A stretch of 63,105 bases of DNA, the filler included, from Folioceros fuciformis (Eukaryota), in assembly GCA_049999805.1 (NCBI GenBank). It is 26 parts of 26 records of this genome, joined end to end, with 100 filler letters (N's around TTAATTAATTAA, not from the genome) between each part and the next. Parts side by side here need not be neighbours in the genome. Positions count along the whole stretch, not along the records: positions 1 to 6,536 come from JBNGIO010000001.1; positions 6,637 to 7,682 come from JBNGIO010000002.1; positions 7,783 to 8,828 come from JBNGIO010000003.1; 23 more parts are not named here. The stretch is one strand, 5' to 3'. The position numbers were made by a program, and so were the translations under genes. Positions 1 to 8,828 of the stretch are shown piece by piece. The notes under the pieces are model-generated. The model worked only from the letters and a program-made list of their open reading frames with translations. It did not search any database and had not been told where the DNA came from. The first letter of the stretch is position 1. Every line of letters starts with the position of its first letter.

Positions 1-3
1 ACA

Positions 4-16
4 TGGTATCAGAGCC
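4..16 (+). promoter_or_regulatory. Primer-binding site (tRNA-iMet) of E1
   Basis: TGGTATCAGAGCC directly after LTR-terminal CA. Confidence 0.95.
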
Positions 17-52
17 TTTTAAGGATCTGATGTTTTTCTCTCGTTATCGATA

Positions 53-682
53 ATGCCTCGGCACGGTGGATCTGTCGGTCAGGGGCGTGGCTCACGTTTT
101 TGCAGATGTGACAATTACACACAAGCCCCTAGGACAGCTCCAGCCGGACTCAACGCCCTTGCATATTCACTGGTGGGAAGAACTGGTCTTTGTAACCAAA
201 ATTGGTCAAGGGACAGAGAGCGTGCCGAACTACTTCGGCAACTCCAGCAAAGGGATTTTCAAATTAGAGATTACCAGGCCCGTGACCGTTTTTACAAAGA
301 TCAGAGGAGGGATAGGCAGCAGAGGCAATCTCGCATACCGCGGGCATCTGCTGCTACTACCAACTCCAACAGACCACCAAGACCGATTCGATATGTGGAT
401 ACAGTTCCTTCTTCTAGTGGAGGCTCCTCCTGCGATTGCCACAACGAGGCCGCCTCTAGATTGCTGAATGCTTCCCTCAAAGAGATTCTCAACACAACAG
501 AATCAATCAACACAAGAATTTTCGTCAACAACATGCAAGCTCAGGCAAATTTTGATGCTTTCAACGAGAAATGGACATTGAAGATAAAGGAAATCACTGA
601 TCACCTGCAAAGATTGGAGATTGCTGCTCCGATCATTCAGCAGGCTGCAGTGTTCCCACATCTTCCACCTTCCGCTGCCTGA
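53..682 (+). CDS. E1 5' accessory ORF0, 209 aa, unknown function (Arg-rich N-half, helical/coiled-coil-like C-terminus)
   Basis: ATG 49 nt after PBS start; homologous to 36132..36689 (NALAY, WSRDRERAELLRQ, KIKE..D.L.R.EI.AP...SAA*) with synonymous codon differences. Confidence 0.8.
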   Translation: MPRHGGSVGQGRGSRFCRCDNYTQAPRTAPAGLNALAYSLVGRTGLCNQNWSRDRERAELLRQLQQRDFQIRDYQARDRFYKDQRRDRQQRQSRIPRASAATTNSNRPPRPIRYVDTVPSSSGGSSCDCHNEAASRLLNASLKEILNTTESINTRIFVNNMQAQANFDAFNEKWTLKIKEITDHLQRLEIAAPIIQQAAVFPHLPPSAA

Positions 683-1307
683 GAGCAACGAGGTGTGAGG
701 CGTCGCGTGTGTCTTCACGCCTCTTCGCACAGCATCGCCAGCTGGCAGAACGGCACACCTGGAGCTTTGAGGTCAGAAGTGCTGTGTTCTCTCCAGGCGA
801 AGGGCGCCCTGCGTGATGTGAAGCGCCAGACTGCAACCGCCGCGACCTATTCCGAAGCCGCGTTATGGTTGCTGCCAGATGTACAGAAGCAGGGATTCTT
901 GCGACTGTTGAGGCAGAGATTGACACCTGCTGCAACCCCTTTTGTTGTTCTCATGAGTCCTGAAGAGACGTCTTTGCTCCTGCTTAACTTGAAACTGAAA
1001 CACCAACCGTCGTTTCTTGCATAAGTTAGGGCAAAACTGAAGCGATAAGCTGTTTATTGTTTTTTTTCGTCCACAGTCTGTATGCATAGTAACAGGAGTT
1101 ATTGACCTTGGACATCAGCACACCTGAGCTAGGATAGCTTTTCTATCCCTTCTCCTGTATGCTGTTGACCAGGTAACAGCTCCTGCATCTTATCTTGTTA
1201 GGTACACATCAGTAGATGCTGTAATTTTCATAGCAAAGTCTTAAGGGCATTTTGTACTCTGACCTGTGTAGTTTGAGCCATAGCTCACATTACCTCGTTA
1301 GCTTCAT

Positions 1308-4300
1308 ATGTCCACAGGACCCCTCTTATCTGTGGATACCTTAAGTAGCTTGTTTCAAGCACTTAGTCTTGGACAGTTTGTAACCGCTGTAATCCATAAC
1401 CAGAATACTCCAGCAATCATGTCTACAGTAGTTAAACCCACATACACGTCAGAGCTGAAAGAAAAAGATCGGTTTAACGGCTCACACTACGCTGTCTGGC
1501 GTATCCGGATGAAGTCCATCTTGTTAGCCCGACGTGTCTGGAAAATAGTGGATGGGACTACCCCCCAGCCCGACCCCAATGCAACTCCAGCACCATCTGC
1601 AGATCAGATCGCTGAGTGGGATGAATTGAACAACATTGCAATTGCTCTACTAATAGCAGGATTGCATACTGACCTCATTTCCCAGGTCGAGTTTCTCGAC
1701 AAAGCTTCTGAAATCTGGACACAACTGGAGAAGACATACAAGGCTACAAATGTACTGACCCTTGTTGGTGTTAAGTATGAGTTTTATGCCTTGAGGATGA
1801 AAGAGGGGGATAAGGTAGCGGCTTTCACAAGTAAATTCCGTCACCTTAGAGCCCAGATGGCTTCTCTATCTAGTACGAAGATGGAGGAAGTAGATGCTGT
1901 GGCTGAACTCCTCGCGAGACTCCCTTCATCGTACCAATCCTTTGTTACTAGCCAGAATGGACCCTTGAGAGCTGCGAATGTTGCTGCTGCTGCTGGAAGT
2001 GCTGCAAACATCACATTAGAGGATGTCATAGGCGCTTTGTATCAGGAGGAGCAAAGCCGGATGTTTTCTTCAAACACTTCTAAAATTAGAAAGGAGAAGG
2101 CATTATTCACAGCTCCCAAATCATTCAAAGGCAAAGGAAAAGTTGGAGGTAAACCTGGCCAAGGTTCTAATTCCGCTGGTCCAACTAAACGTCTAGGCAA
2201 CTGCAATTGGTGTGGTATAGCTGGACATTGGGCCAGGGAATGCAAGAAAAAGAAGGCAGGGGAACCTAAACGTGCTCCTAAAAGCTCAACTAGTTCTGCA
2301 ACTGTTGTGATTAAGGAGAAGACATCTGGTGACACCAAACCTGTGGTGAAGATCCTAACAATTTGCCTTGCTCGTTCCATATGTGATGAAGATGGTTGGT
2401 ACTTGGATTCTGGTGCCACATCTCACATCTGCAGAAGCAAAGATCAGTTTTATGTGCTGCAATCTAACAGAATGGCTGAAAGAGTGCTGTTGGGAGATGA
2501 ACGACATCAGTCCAGTCTCCAAATCCATGGCAGTGGCATGTGTAAATTCACTTTGCACGATGGATCCATTTTTACCCTGGAAAATGTACTCTATGTGCCA
2601 TCCATGGCGAAGAACTTGGTCTCTCTCAGCAAACTGATGCAGCTTCGAGCATATGACATGACAGCTAGTGAGGATACTTGTCTCTTCTACAAGAGGTCAG
2701 AGCCTTCAATGCTGGCATTTAAAGGTACATTAGATCATGATCTGTATAGACTTGATTTATGCACCCTCCGACACCAAGCTAGCCTTGTCTCTGAGAAGTT
2801 CCAACGTCTTGCTGTCCTGTGGCACGCACGGCTTGGTCACGTTAATAAGAGAAAACTAGTTGACATGTCACTGCAAGAGTGCCACCTTGAGCCTCTTCCA
2901 CAGATTTTCAAGGACTTACCTTCTTGTGAAGCCTGCATTGTTGCTAAACAGAAGGCCCATCCCTTTCCAGTTTCAGCAACCTACAGAGCATCAGTTGTCC
3001 TTGAGTTAGTTCATGCAGACATCTCAGGTAAGATACATGTCCCATCTCTGGGTGGTTCTATATATTACCTCTGCATCACTGACGACTATTCTCGGTATAC
3101 TTGGACGTTCCCGATGCACTTGAAGAGTGATACATTCGAGCTCTTCTGTGATTGGCTATTGACTGCTGAAAAACAGACTGGTTCTTTTGTCAAGTACCTT
3201 CGGACTGACAATGGAACAGAATTCGTCAATGAGGCTTTTGATACATTCCTGCAAGAGAGGGGGATCCAACGTCAACTTACAATCCCCTACACTCCGCAAC
3301 AGAATGGCGTAGCTGAAAGGAAAAATCAAACCTTGCTGGCCATGACACGGAGTATGTTATTGTGGGTTAACTTACCTCAAGAGTATTGGGCTGAAGCCAT
3401 TGTTGCTGCCACCTATATTCTCAATCGACTTTTTACAAGTTCAGTCCCCTCTCAGACTCCATATGAGGCTTTCTGGAAACGCAAACCCAGTTTGCTACAT
3501 CTACGCGTGTTTGGTTCACGTGCTTTTGCTCTCATCCCAGAGGAGAAGCGGAAGAAGCTGGATCCGAGAGCCCAAGCACTTGTTTTTGTCGGGTATAGTG
3601 AGCAGTCCAAAGCTTACAAACTTTATGACCCTGCAAATCAGCGCGTTGTGTTAGCACGTTCTGTCACATTTCTTGAGATTGACAGGCCCCTCATAATCGG
3701 CCACCCAGCAGCAGAGGGAGAAAATGACATACCTCAGCTATCAGACGACGCTGTTCATTTTCCTGATAATGACACTCATGACGAGGGAGATGATACAACT
3801 GTCCAACCTGCTGATATTGCACCTCCCCCTGCTCAACCAGTCCTCATACCCCCTCCACCTGTACAGCATCAGCCGGCAAATGTTGCTGTTAATCCTGACC
3901 CTGATCCATATGAGTATGAGGATGTACCTTTCCCTAATCCAGATGCTGATCTAGCAGCTGGAGATGATGATTATCAAATGGTCATGGAACATGTACCTGA
4001 GGACGATGAACAGCCTTTTCCTGTTCAAGATGAAGAGCCAGATCCTCCTCTACGACGTTCTACCAGAAATCGTCCTCCACCAGAACAATGGAAAGAGCCA
4101 CGTTATGAATCAATCGACTTTAGAACAGCATATGCCGACATCTGCAATTCTGCTTCTAGCACTATACACCTGGAGCCCAAGTCTTTAACAGAAGCATATT
4201 CAGGTCCTGAACGAGATAAGTGGAAGTTTGCAGTAGACGATGAATACAATTCTCTCGTCAAGAATAACACGTGGAAGTTAGTAGACCTCCCACCTAGCAG

Positions 4301-5759
4301 AAAACCTATCTCCTGCAAGTGGGTTTTCAAGTTAAAGTTGAATGCTAAGGGAGAGATTGCCAGATATAAAGCACGACTGGTTGCAAGGGGATTCACGCAA
4401 GTGGAAGGGCTAGACTATCAGGAAACATTCTCTCCTATTGTTAGGGCACAGTCAATTAGGATGATAATCGCCCTAGCAGCCGAGTTTGACCTGGACTTGC
4501 AGCAAATGGACGTATGCACAGCTTTCTTGTATGGTGCGTTAGATGAAGACCTTTACATGGTACAGCCAGAAGGGTATGAAGACTCTAAGTATCCAAAGAA
4601 AGTTCTGAAGCTACTGAAGACCATTTATGGTCTGAAACAGAGTGGCAGAGTCTGGTATTTCACTATACATGAGCACTTGATTAACAACTCATTTGTTCAA
4701 AGCTCAACTGATGGTACTGTTTACAAGCTAATGAAGGGAACTGCCTACGTCATTCTAGCACTGTATGTTGATGACGTGATTTTGGCCACTAATAGCCAAC
4801 CCTTGTTAGCTGAGGTCAAAGAAATGCTGAGCAACAAGTTTGAAATGAAGGATATCGGTGAGCTACGTTTCTGCCTTGGCATTCAGTTACTAAGGGTCAG
4901 ACCTGAGAAGTTGATCATCATTCATCAGTATCAATATGTTCAAGAACTGCTACATAAGTTTAAGCTTGAACATGCCCGGCCATCTACTACACCATATGCT
5001 ATAGGGACTAAGCTCACTAGTCTGCAATGTCCACAAGGTGCAGATGAGGTGAGGGAGATGGCACAGGTCCCTTACAGGCATGCCATAGGAAGCTTAATTT
5101 TTATAGCTAATTGGACAAGACCGGACATCCAGTATTCAGTCAGCACCCTATCCCAATTTCTGGAAAATTCAGGTCGAGTTCATTGGCAGGCAGCCAAAAG
5201 TGTCTTCCGCTACCTAAAGGGTACTCAGTCCTATGGACTAGCATACAGAAGCACTGGACAGCAGAAACTTACGCTGAAAGGCTTCACAGATGCTGATTGG
5301 GCATCAGACACAGAATCACGTCGAAGCCTTTCTACATATTGTTTTCTCCTCTCCTCAGCTGTCACCAACTGGAGCTGCAAGAAACAAACATCAGTTGCCC
5401 TCTCGTCAACTGAGGCCGAGTACAAGAGTCTGACAGAGGCCTCTAAGGAGGCAGAGTGGATACGAACCTTTTTGACAGATTTGGGGCAACAGCAAACAGA
5501 GCCAACCCCACTTCTATGTGACAACATGTCCGCTCTTGCGCTTGTTGCAAATCCTAAATTTCATGCACGCACGAAACACATTGAAATTCAACATCACTAT
5601 GTTAGAGATGTGGTTCATCGTGGTATTATAAAGGTCTGCCATGTTCCAACAAATGAAAATACGGCAGACATCCTTACAAAGGGCCTTCCCAAGCATCTAC
5701 ACTACCAGCATATGGAAGGCCTAGGGCTTATTGATTTCACAGCCTATGAGCAGAACTAA
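1308..5759 (+). CDS. gag-pol: Copia Gag-Pol polyprotein, intact, 1483 aa (alternative ATG at 1419)
   Basis: Zn knuckle CNWCGIAGHWAREC; protease WYLDSGAT; LWHARLGH; integrase DDYSR / RTDNGTEF / QQNGVAERKN; RT YKARLVARG and YVDD; RNase H DADWA, EAEY, CDN, KHI, ADILTK; Copia domain order. Confidence 0.97.
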   Translation: MSTGPLLSVDTLSSLFQALSLGQFVTAVIHNQNTPAIMSTVVKPTYTSELKEKDRFNGSHYAVWRIRMKSILLARRVWKIVDGTTPQPDPNATPAPSADQIAEWDELNNIAIALLIAGLHTDLISQVEFLDKASEIWTQLEKTYKATNVLTLVGVKYEFYALRMKEGDKVAAFTSKFRHLRAQMASLSSTKMEEVDAVAELLARLPSSYQSFVTSQNGPLRAANVAAAAGSAANITLEDVIGALYQEEQSRMFSSNTSKIRKEKALFTAPKSFKGKGKVGGKPGQGSNSAGPTKRLGNCNWCGIAGHWARECKKKKAGEPKRAPKSSTSSATVVIKEKTSGDTKPVVKILTICLARSICDEDGWYLDSGATSHICRSKDQFYVLQSNRMAERVLLGDERHQSSLQIHGSGMCKFTLHDGSIFTLENVLYVPSMAKNLVSLSKLMQLRAYDMTASEDTCLFYKRSEPSMLAFKGTLDHDLYRLDLCTLRHQASLVSEKFQRLAVLWHARLGHVNKRKLVDMSLQECHLEPLPQIFKDLPSCEACIVAKQKAHPFPVSATYRASVVLELVHADISGKIHVPSLGGSIYYLCITDDYSRYTWTFPMHLKSDTFELFCDWLLTAEKQTGSFVKYLRTDNGTEFVNEAFDTFLQERGIQRQLTIPYTPQQNGVAERKNQTLLAMTRSMLLWVNLPQEYWAEAIVAATYILNRLFTSSVPSQTPYEAFWKRKPSLLHLRVFGSRAFALIPEEKRKKLDPRAQALVFVGYSEQSKAYKLYDPANQRVVLARSVTFLEIDRPLIIGHPAAEGENDIPQLSDDAVHFPDNDTHDEGDDTTVQPADIAPPPAQPVLIPPPPVQHQPANVAVNPDPDPYEYEDVPFPNPDADLAAGDDDYQMVMEHVPEDDEQPFPVQDEEPDPPLRRSTRNRPPPEQWKEPRYESIDFRTAYADICNSASSTIHLEPKSLTEAYSGPERDKWKFAVDDEYNSLVKNNTWKLVDLPPSRKPISCKWVFKLKLNAKGEIARYKARLVARGFTQVEGLDYQETFSPIVRAQSIRMIIALAAEFDLDLQQMDVCTAFLYGALDEDLYMVQPEGYEDSKYPKKVLKLLKTIYGLKQSGRVWYFTIHEHLINNSFVQSSTDGTVYKLMKGTAYVILALYVDDVILATNSQPLLAEVKEMLSNKFEMKDIGELRFCLGIQLLRVRPEKLIIIHQYQYVQELLHKFKLEHARPSTTPYAIGTKLTSLQCPQGADEVREMAQVPYRHAIGSLIFIANWTRPDIQYSVSTLSQFLENSGRVHWQAAKSVFRYLKGTQSYGLAYRSTGQQKLTLKGFTDADWASDTESRRSLSTYCFLLSSAVTNWSCKKQTSVALSSTEAEYKSLTEASKEAEWIRTFLTDLGQQQTEPTPLLCDNMSALALVANPKFHARTKHIEIQHHYVRDVVHRGIIKVCHVPTNENTADILTKGLPKHLHYQHMEGLGLIDFTAYEQN

Positions 5760-5840
5760 GTAACTCTGGAAAATCCTGACAAACCAGGTTGGATGAAGCT
5801 CCAGTTCAGCATCTAATCACCTGGCTATTTGGTTCGGCCT

Positions 5841-6278
5841 TCACTCCTCCTCTCTCGGCATCACGTCCTTAATTCTGTCCAGCATTTCAATGGTGTCCTC
5901 CAGCTGGCTGATCAAGGTCTGTTTCCCTTCCTCCTCAATAGCGTACAAAGGCAGATTAGGAGTTTCCCCTCGCTTCACCTTTCCCCAGATTAGGTTCACG
6001 CTCAGTTCCATGTGATAGGCACCCAAGTGAATCCTCTGGCCCCAGCACGTCTTGTAGTCCCAGTCCCAGCCGCGGGCAGTAGCCTGCCTCTTGTCCAGCA
6101 GCTCGTAAACATTAGCTGGCAGAGTCGGTATGCTGTTCTTCCTGTTTTTCCTCGGTCGCGCAGCTCCCTTGTACGCCTTGCCACTTCGAGTCTTCATGGC
6201 GCACCGCAGGAGAAGATGTATGCACAGGAAACACAGCAGTTCAGCTCCGGCGATCAAAGAGGCAAGGTTGCTAGCCAT
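5841..6278 (-). CDS. E1 antisense accessory ORF, 145 aa, N-terminal hydrophobic (TM/signal-like) helix then basic region
   Basis: ATG in GCCATGG context; LASLIAGAELLCFLCIHLLL then MKTRSGKAY; counterparts at the same position in E2 and E5. Confidence 0.7.
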   Translation of the reverse strand: MASNLASLIAGAELLCFLCIHLLLRCAMKTRSGKAYKGAARPRKNRKNSIPTLPANVYELLDKRQATARGWDWDYKTCWGQRIHLGAYHMELSVNLIWGKVKRGETPNLPLYAIEEEGKQTLISQLEDTIEMLDRIKDVMPREEE

Positions 6279-6503
6279 GGCTCCAGCACTTGGTTTTATT
6301 CTTCTTCGGGCTGCCGCGGTACAGAGATTGTTGGGCGCTACTCAAGCACAGTGCCAGGAACGTGACTGTGAAGTTATGAGTTTGAGTCGTCCAGCTGCTA
6401 TGAGCAGCTTCACGTGGCATCGCGTACCGCTTTCGTTTACGAAGGGTTTGCTTTAGGATGATGCCGGGCTTGTTTATTGTTCGTTAGTTAAGCTTATGAG
6501 CTT

Positions 6504-6512
6504 AAGAGGGGG
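6504..6512 (+). promoter_or_regulatory. Polypurine tract of E1
   Basis: AAGAGGGGG immediately before TGTTACGGG (3' LTR start). Confidence 0.9.
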
Positions 6513-6536
6513 TGTTACGGGTTAAGCTGCCATATG

Positions 6537-6636
6537 NNNNNNNNNNNNNNNNNNNNNNNNNNNNNNNNNNNNNNNNNNNNTTAATTAATTAANNNNNNNN
6601 NNNNNNNNNNNNNNNNNNNNNNNNNNNNNNNNNNNN
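6537..6636. other. Artificial contig linker (N44-TTAATTAATTAA-N44). First of 25; others start at 7683, 8829, 9973, 11116, 12259, 13391, 14522, 15637, 16752, 17862, 19004, 20113, 30499, 35937, 42037, 43160, 44294, 45426, 50822, 52316, 53524, 54673, 55781, 61349
   Basis: Identical 100-nt spacer each time; TTAATTAATTAA gives stops in all six frames; many flanking pieces are about 1.0 kb in roughly descending size. Confidence 0.98.
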
Positions 6637-7983
6637 CGTGCATGCCATTGCTGGACGCGCCTACACCTGCCGTTGCTATGCTGATGTGTTGCTCCTCAAT
6701 TGACCCCATTCTGAACCTCCATAAAATCGATCTATCCCCCCTCCTTCAAACCCTCGCGAGGTGGAGTTCGCAGGTCGAGACCTCGCGGGAAAAATTTTAG
6801 CACTTAGGGTTTCTGTACATTGTAAGTAATTATTTCCACTGATTCAACTCATTTCATCTCAATTACATACAAATATAGAGGTACGCAGAGTCTGTTGATC
6901 TTGGCAATTGAACCATTTTCTTATTTGGCACCTCGGAACTCTCTGGAGACCTACCAAGCATAAAAATAAGTAGTATAAAATATTAAAATATATTATCTAT
7001 TTAATATATTTCATATATATTTAAATATAAGAAATTATATACGAACATTCGCACCGGAGTATTACTTATTGCTAACTTGTTTTGGCATTTCTATCAATCT
7101 CCTAAGGCCATAAAAGGCTTGCCACTCATTATATTGCACAATCGTGGTAAGTTATGGCTTTCCCGAGATCAAGCTATGCACATATGTTACCATGGTTTCA
7201 AGCTCATTTTGTCGAATTGTTGGACTCGAACAATGTAAAATGAGGTCAGGGTTACCAGCATTTAGGTAGGAAATCTTAGTTAGGGTAATCGTTACGTTAA
7301 TCACACACATTTTCTAAAGACCTTCTTTCAACAAGCTCCCACCACAAGTTGCTTTGTAAAGCTAGCTCAATCTTCGCAATGTGAGGAGCCATTGCAATAA
7401 AAGAGAATGTTCCAACTCACATTGCAGCCCTCAATTTTTAATTGCATTGTGATCTTTGCCATCTTAATTCATATAAATGTGGGCTACTTTGAAGCTTGCA
7501 TTTCAAGAATTAAATAATATAAATATTGCATAAGATAGTCTAGCTAGTGTTTAGGGAGAAGCTTGTACTTAGAAGCCAATGTGTATTTAGCAACATCATT
7601 AAGAAGAAGCTTAGACTTAAGATTAGATTAAAATGAATCTAACTTTGTGTACTACTATAGATGAACTAACTTTTGATGTGTCNNNNNNNNNNNNNNNNNN
7701 NNNNNNNNNNNNNNNNNNNNNNNNNNTTAATTAATTAANNNNNNNNNNNNNNNNNNNNNNNNNNNNNNNNNNNNNNNNNNNNGTGCAGCCCAGAGCACTC
7801 AGAAGCCTCACGTCTTTCCACATATCTTTATCCCAAGGCTTGCACATGTAACATCGAGCAACCTGACTTCCTTGCACATGCGACATCCATTAACCGGACA
7901 TGCATCTAAAGAGCCACGAATCGTGAACGTAAGCAGAACGTGGTACAGAAAATGTCTCCTCCGGGGAGCACGGTGATGCCAAA

Positions 7984-8043
7984 CAAACAGTGCCTAGAGC
8001 GTGATCATGGCCAAACAGTGCCTAGAGCGTGATCATGGCCAAA
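7984..8043. repeat. 28-bp tandem duplication
   Basis: CAAACAGTGCCTAGAGCGTGATCATGGC x2. Confidence 0.85.
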
Positions 8044-8570
8044 AACAGAAACTGCAAAATGGAAAGTGCAAAGGATGGATCCTCAGCAACTAAGACACGA
8101 CAAGGTGCAAATGTGGGTCACATGTCCGGCCGCCAATGCTACTATTGAATATCGGTATGTATGTGGAGGAGCCATCACAGTGTGTGTCAAGTTCCTGTGA
8201 CTAGGTTGTTGGAGGGCATACCTTACTGCAGTTCTTCTCCTTGCATGCAAATTCTTAAGGAAGCTATGGCGTCACATGCTATGTCCTGGTACCAAGGCAG
8301 GCGTGCACATGGAGGGTGGGACGCGACCAGATGGCTGTGATACTGGTATTTGGAGAAGGCAGCTGCGGGATGCCGCTGTAGCCATGCTGTCGCCAGTGGA
8401 GGCGCCGCCAAGCTTCGAACTAATCCAGATGCGTGAAAGATTTTCAGGGCGGGACCCAGCGAGCAGTTCCCTGTACTTGTGCAGCCTACAAATGGCAGGT
8501 CTTGGCTCCAGCATTGCAAAGCTCTTCGCTGCAGTTTTCTCCAGTCTTCTGACCTTTGTGACCCGCAAGC

Positions 8571-8828
8571 ATGGCGAAGAGGGCGGGTCTGACGCTCCTG
8601 CTCCTGGCGGTTCTGCTGGCGATGCTGGCAGTGGCAGCTGCAGGCCACGAGTCCGGGTATGGTCACTCTGGAGGCCACCACAAGAAGCATCATCATCACA
8701 AGAAGCATCACCATCACAAGAAGCCTCATCACAAGAGGGCCCACGTGAAAAAGCATCACGTGCATCACGAGAAGAAGTCGAAGGACGAGGAGTACAAGAA
8801 ATGCAAGACAGGTGACGATTCTGCTTCA
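8571..8828 (+). CDS. 5' part of a secreted His/Lys-rich protein (truncated by contig end; possible intron donor at 8812)
   Basis: MAKRAGLTLLLLAVLLAMLAVAAA signal peptide followed by HHKKHHHHKKHHHHKKPHH. Confidence 0.7.

Larger units (their letters stand above)
1..6536 (+). mobile_element. Ty1/Copia LTR retrotransposon E1: complete internal region, LTRs truncated by contig ends
   Basis: LTR end CA (2-3), then PBS TGGTATCAGAGCC; single Gag-PR-IN-RT-RH ORF; PPT AAGAGGGGG (6504-6512), then TG start of the 3' LTR at 6513. Confidence 0.97.

Noticed and set aside
66-467. 133-aa overlapping ORF inside ORF0
   Set aside because: No ATG start, and the equivalent frame in E2 is much less conserved than ORF0; substitutions are synonymous in the ORF0 frame
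680-1024. Selenocysteine or simple readthrough of the ORF0 TGA, with the 3' hairpin as a SECIS
   Set aside because: The in-frame continuation is less conserved than the -1 frame and ends early in E2; the hairpin lacks SECIS geometry; land plants lack the Sec machinery
5841-6278. Calling the 3' ORF an env gene
   Set aside because: Antisense, only 100-145 aa, hydrophobic helix N-terminal, no ectodomain or fusion-protein features
6537-6636. Regularly spaced identical TTAATTAATTAA motif as a biological repeat or array
   Set aside because: Artificial six-frame-stop linker within N padding; it also means neighbouring contigs are not a gene cluster
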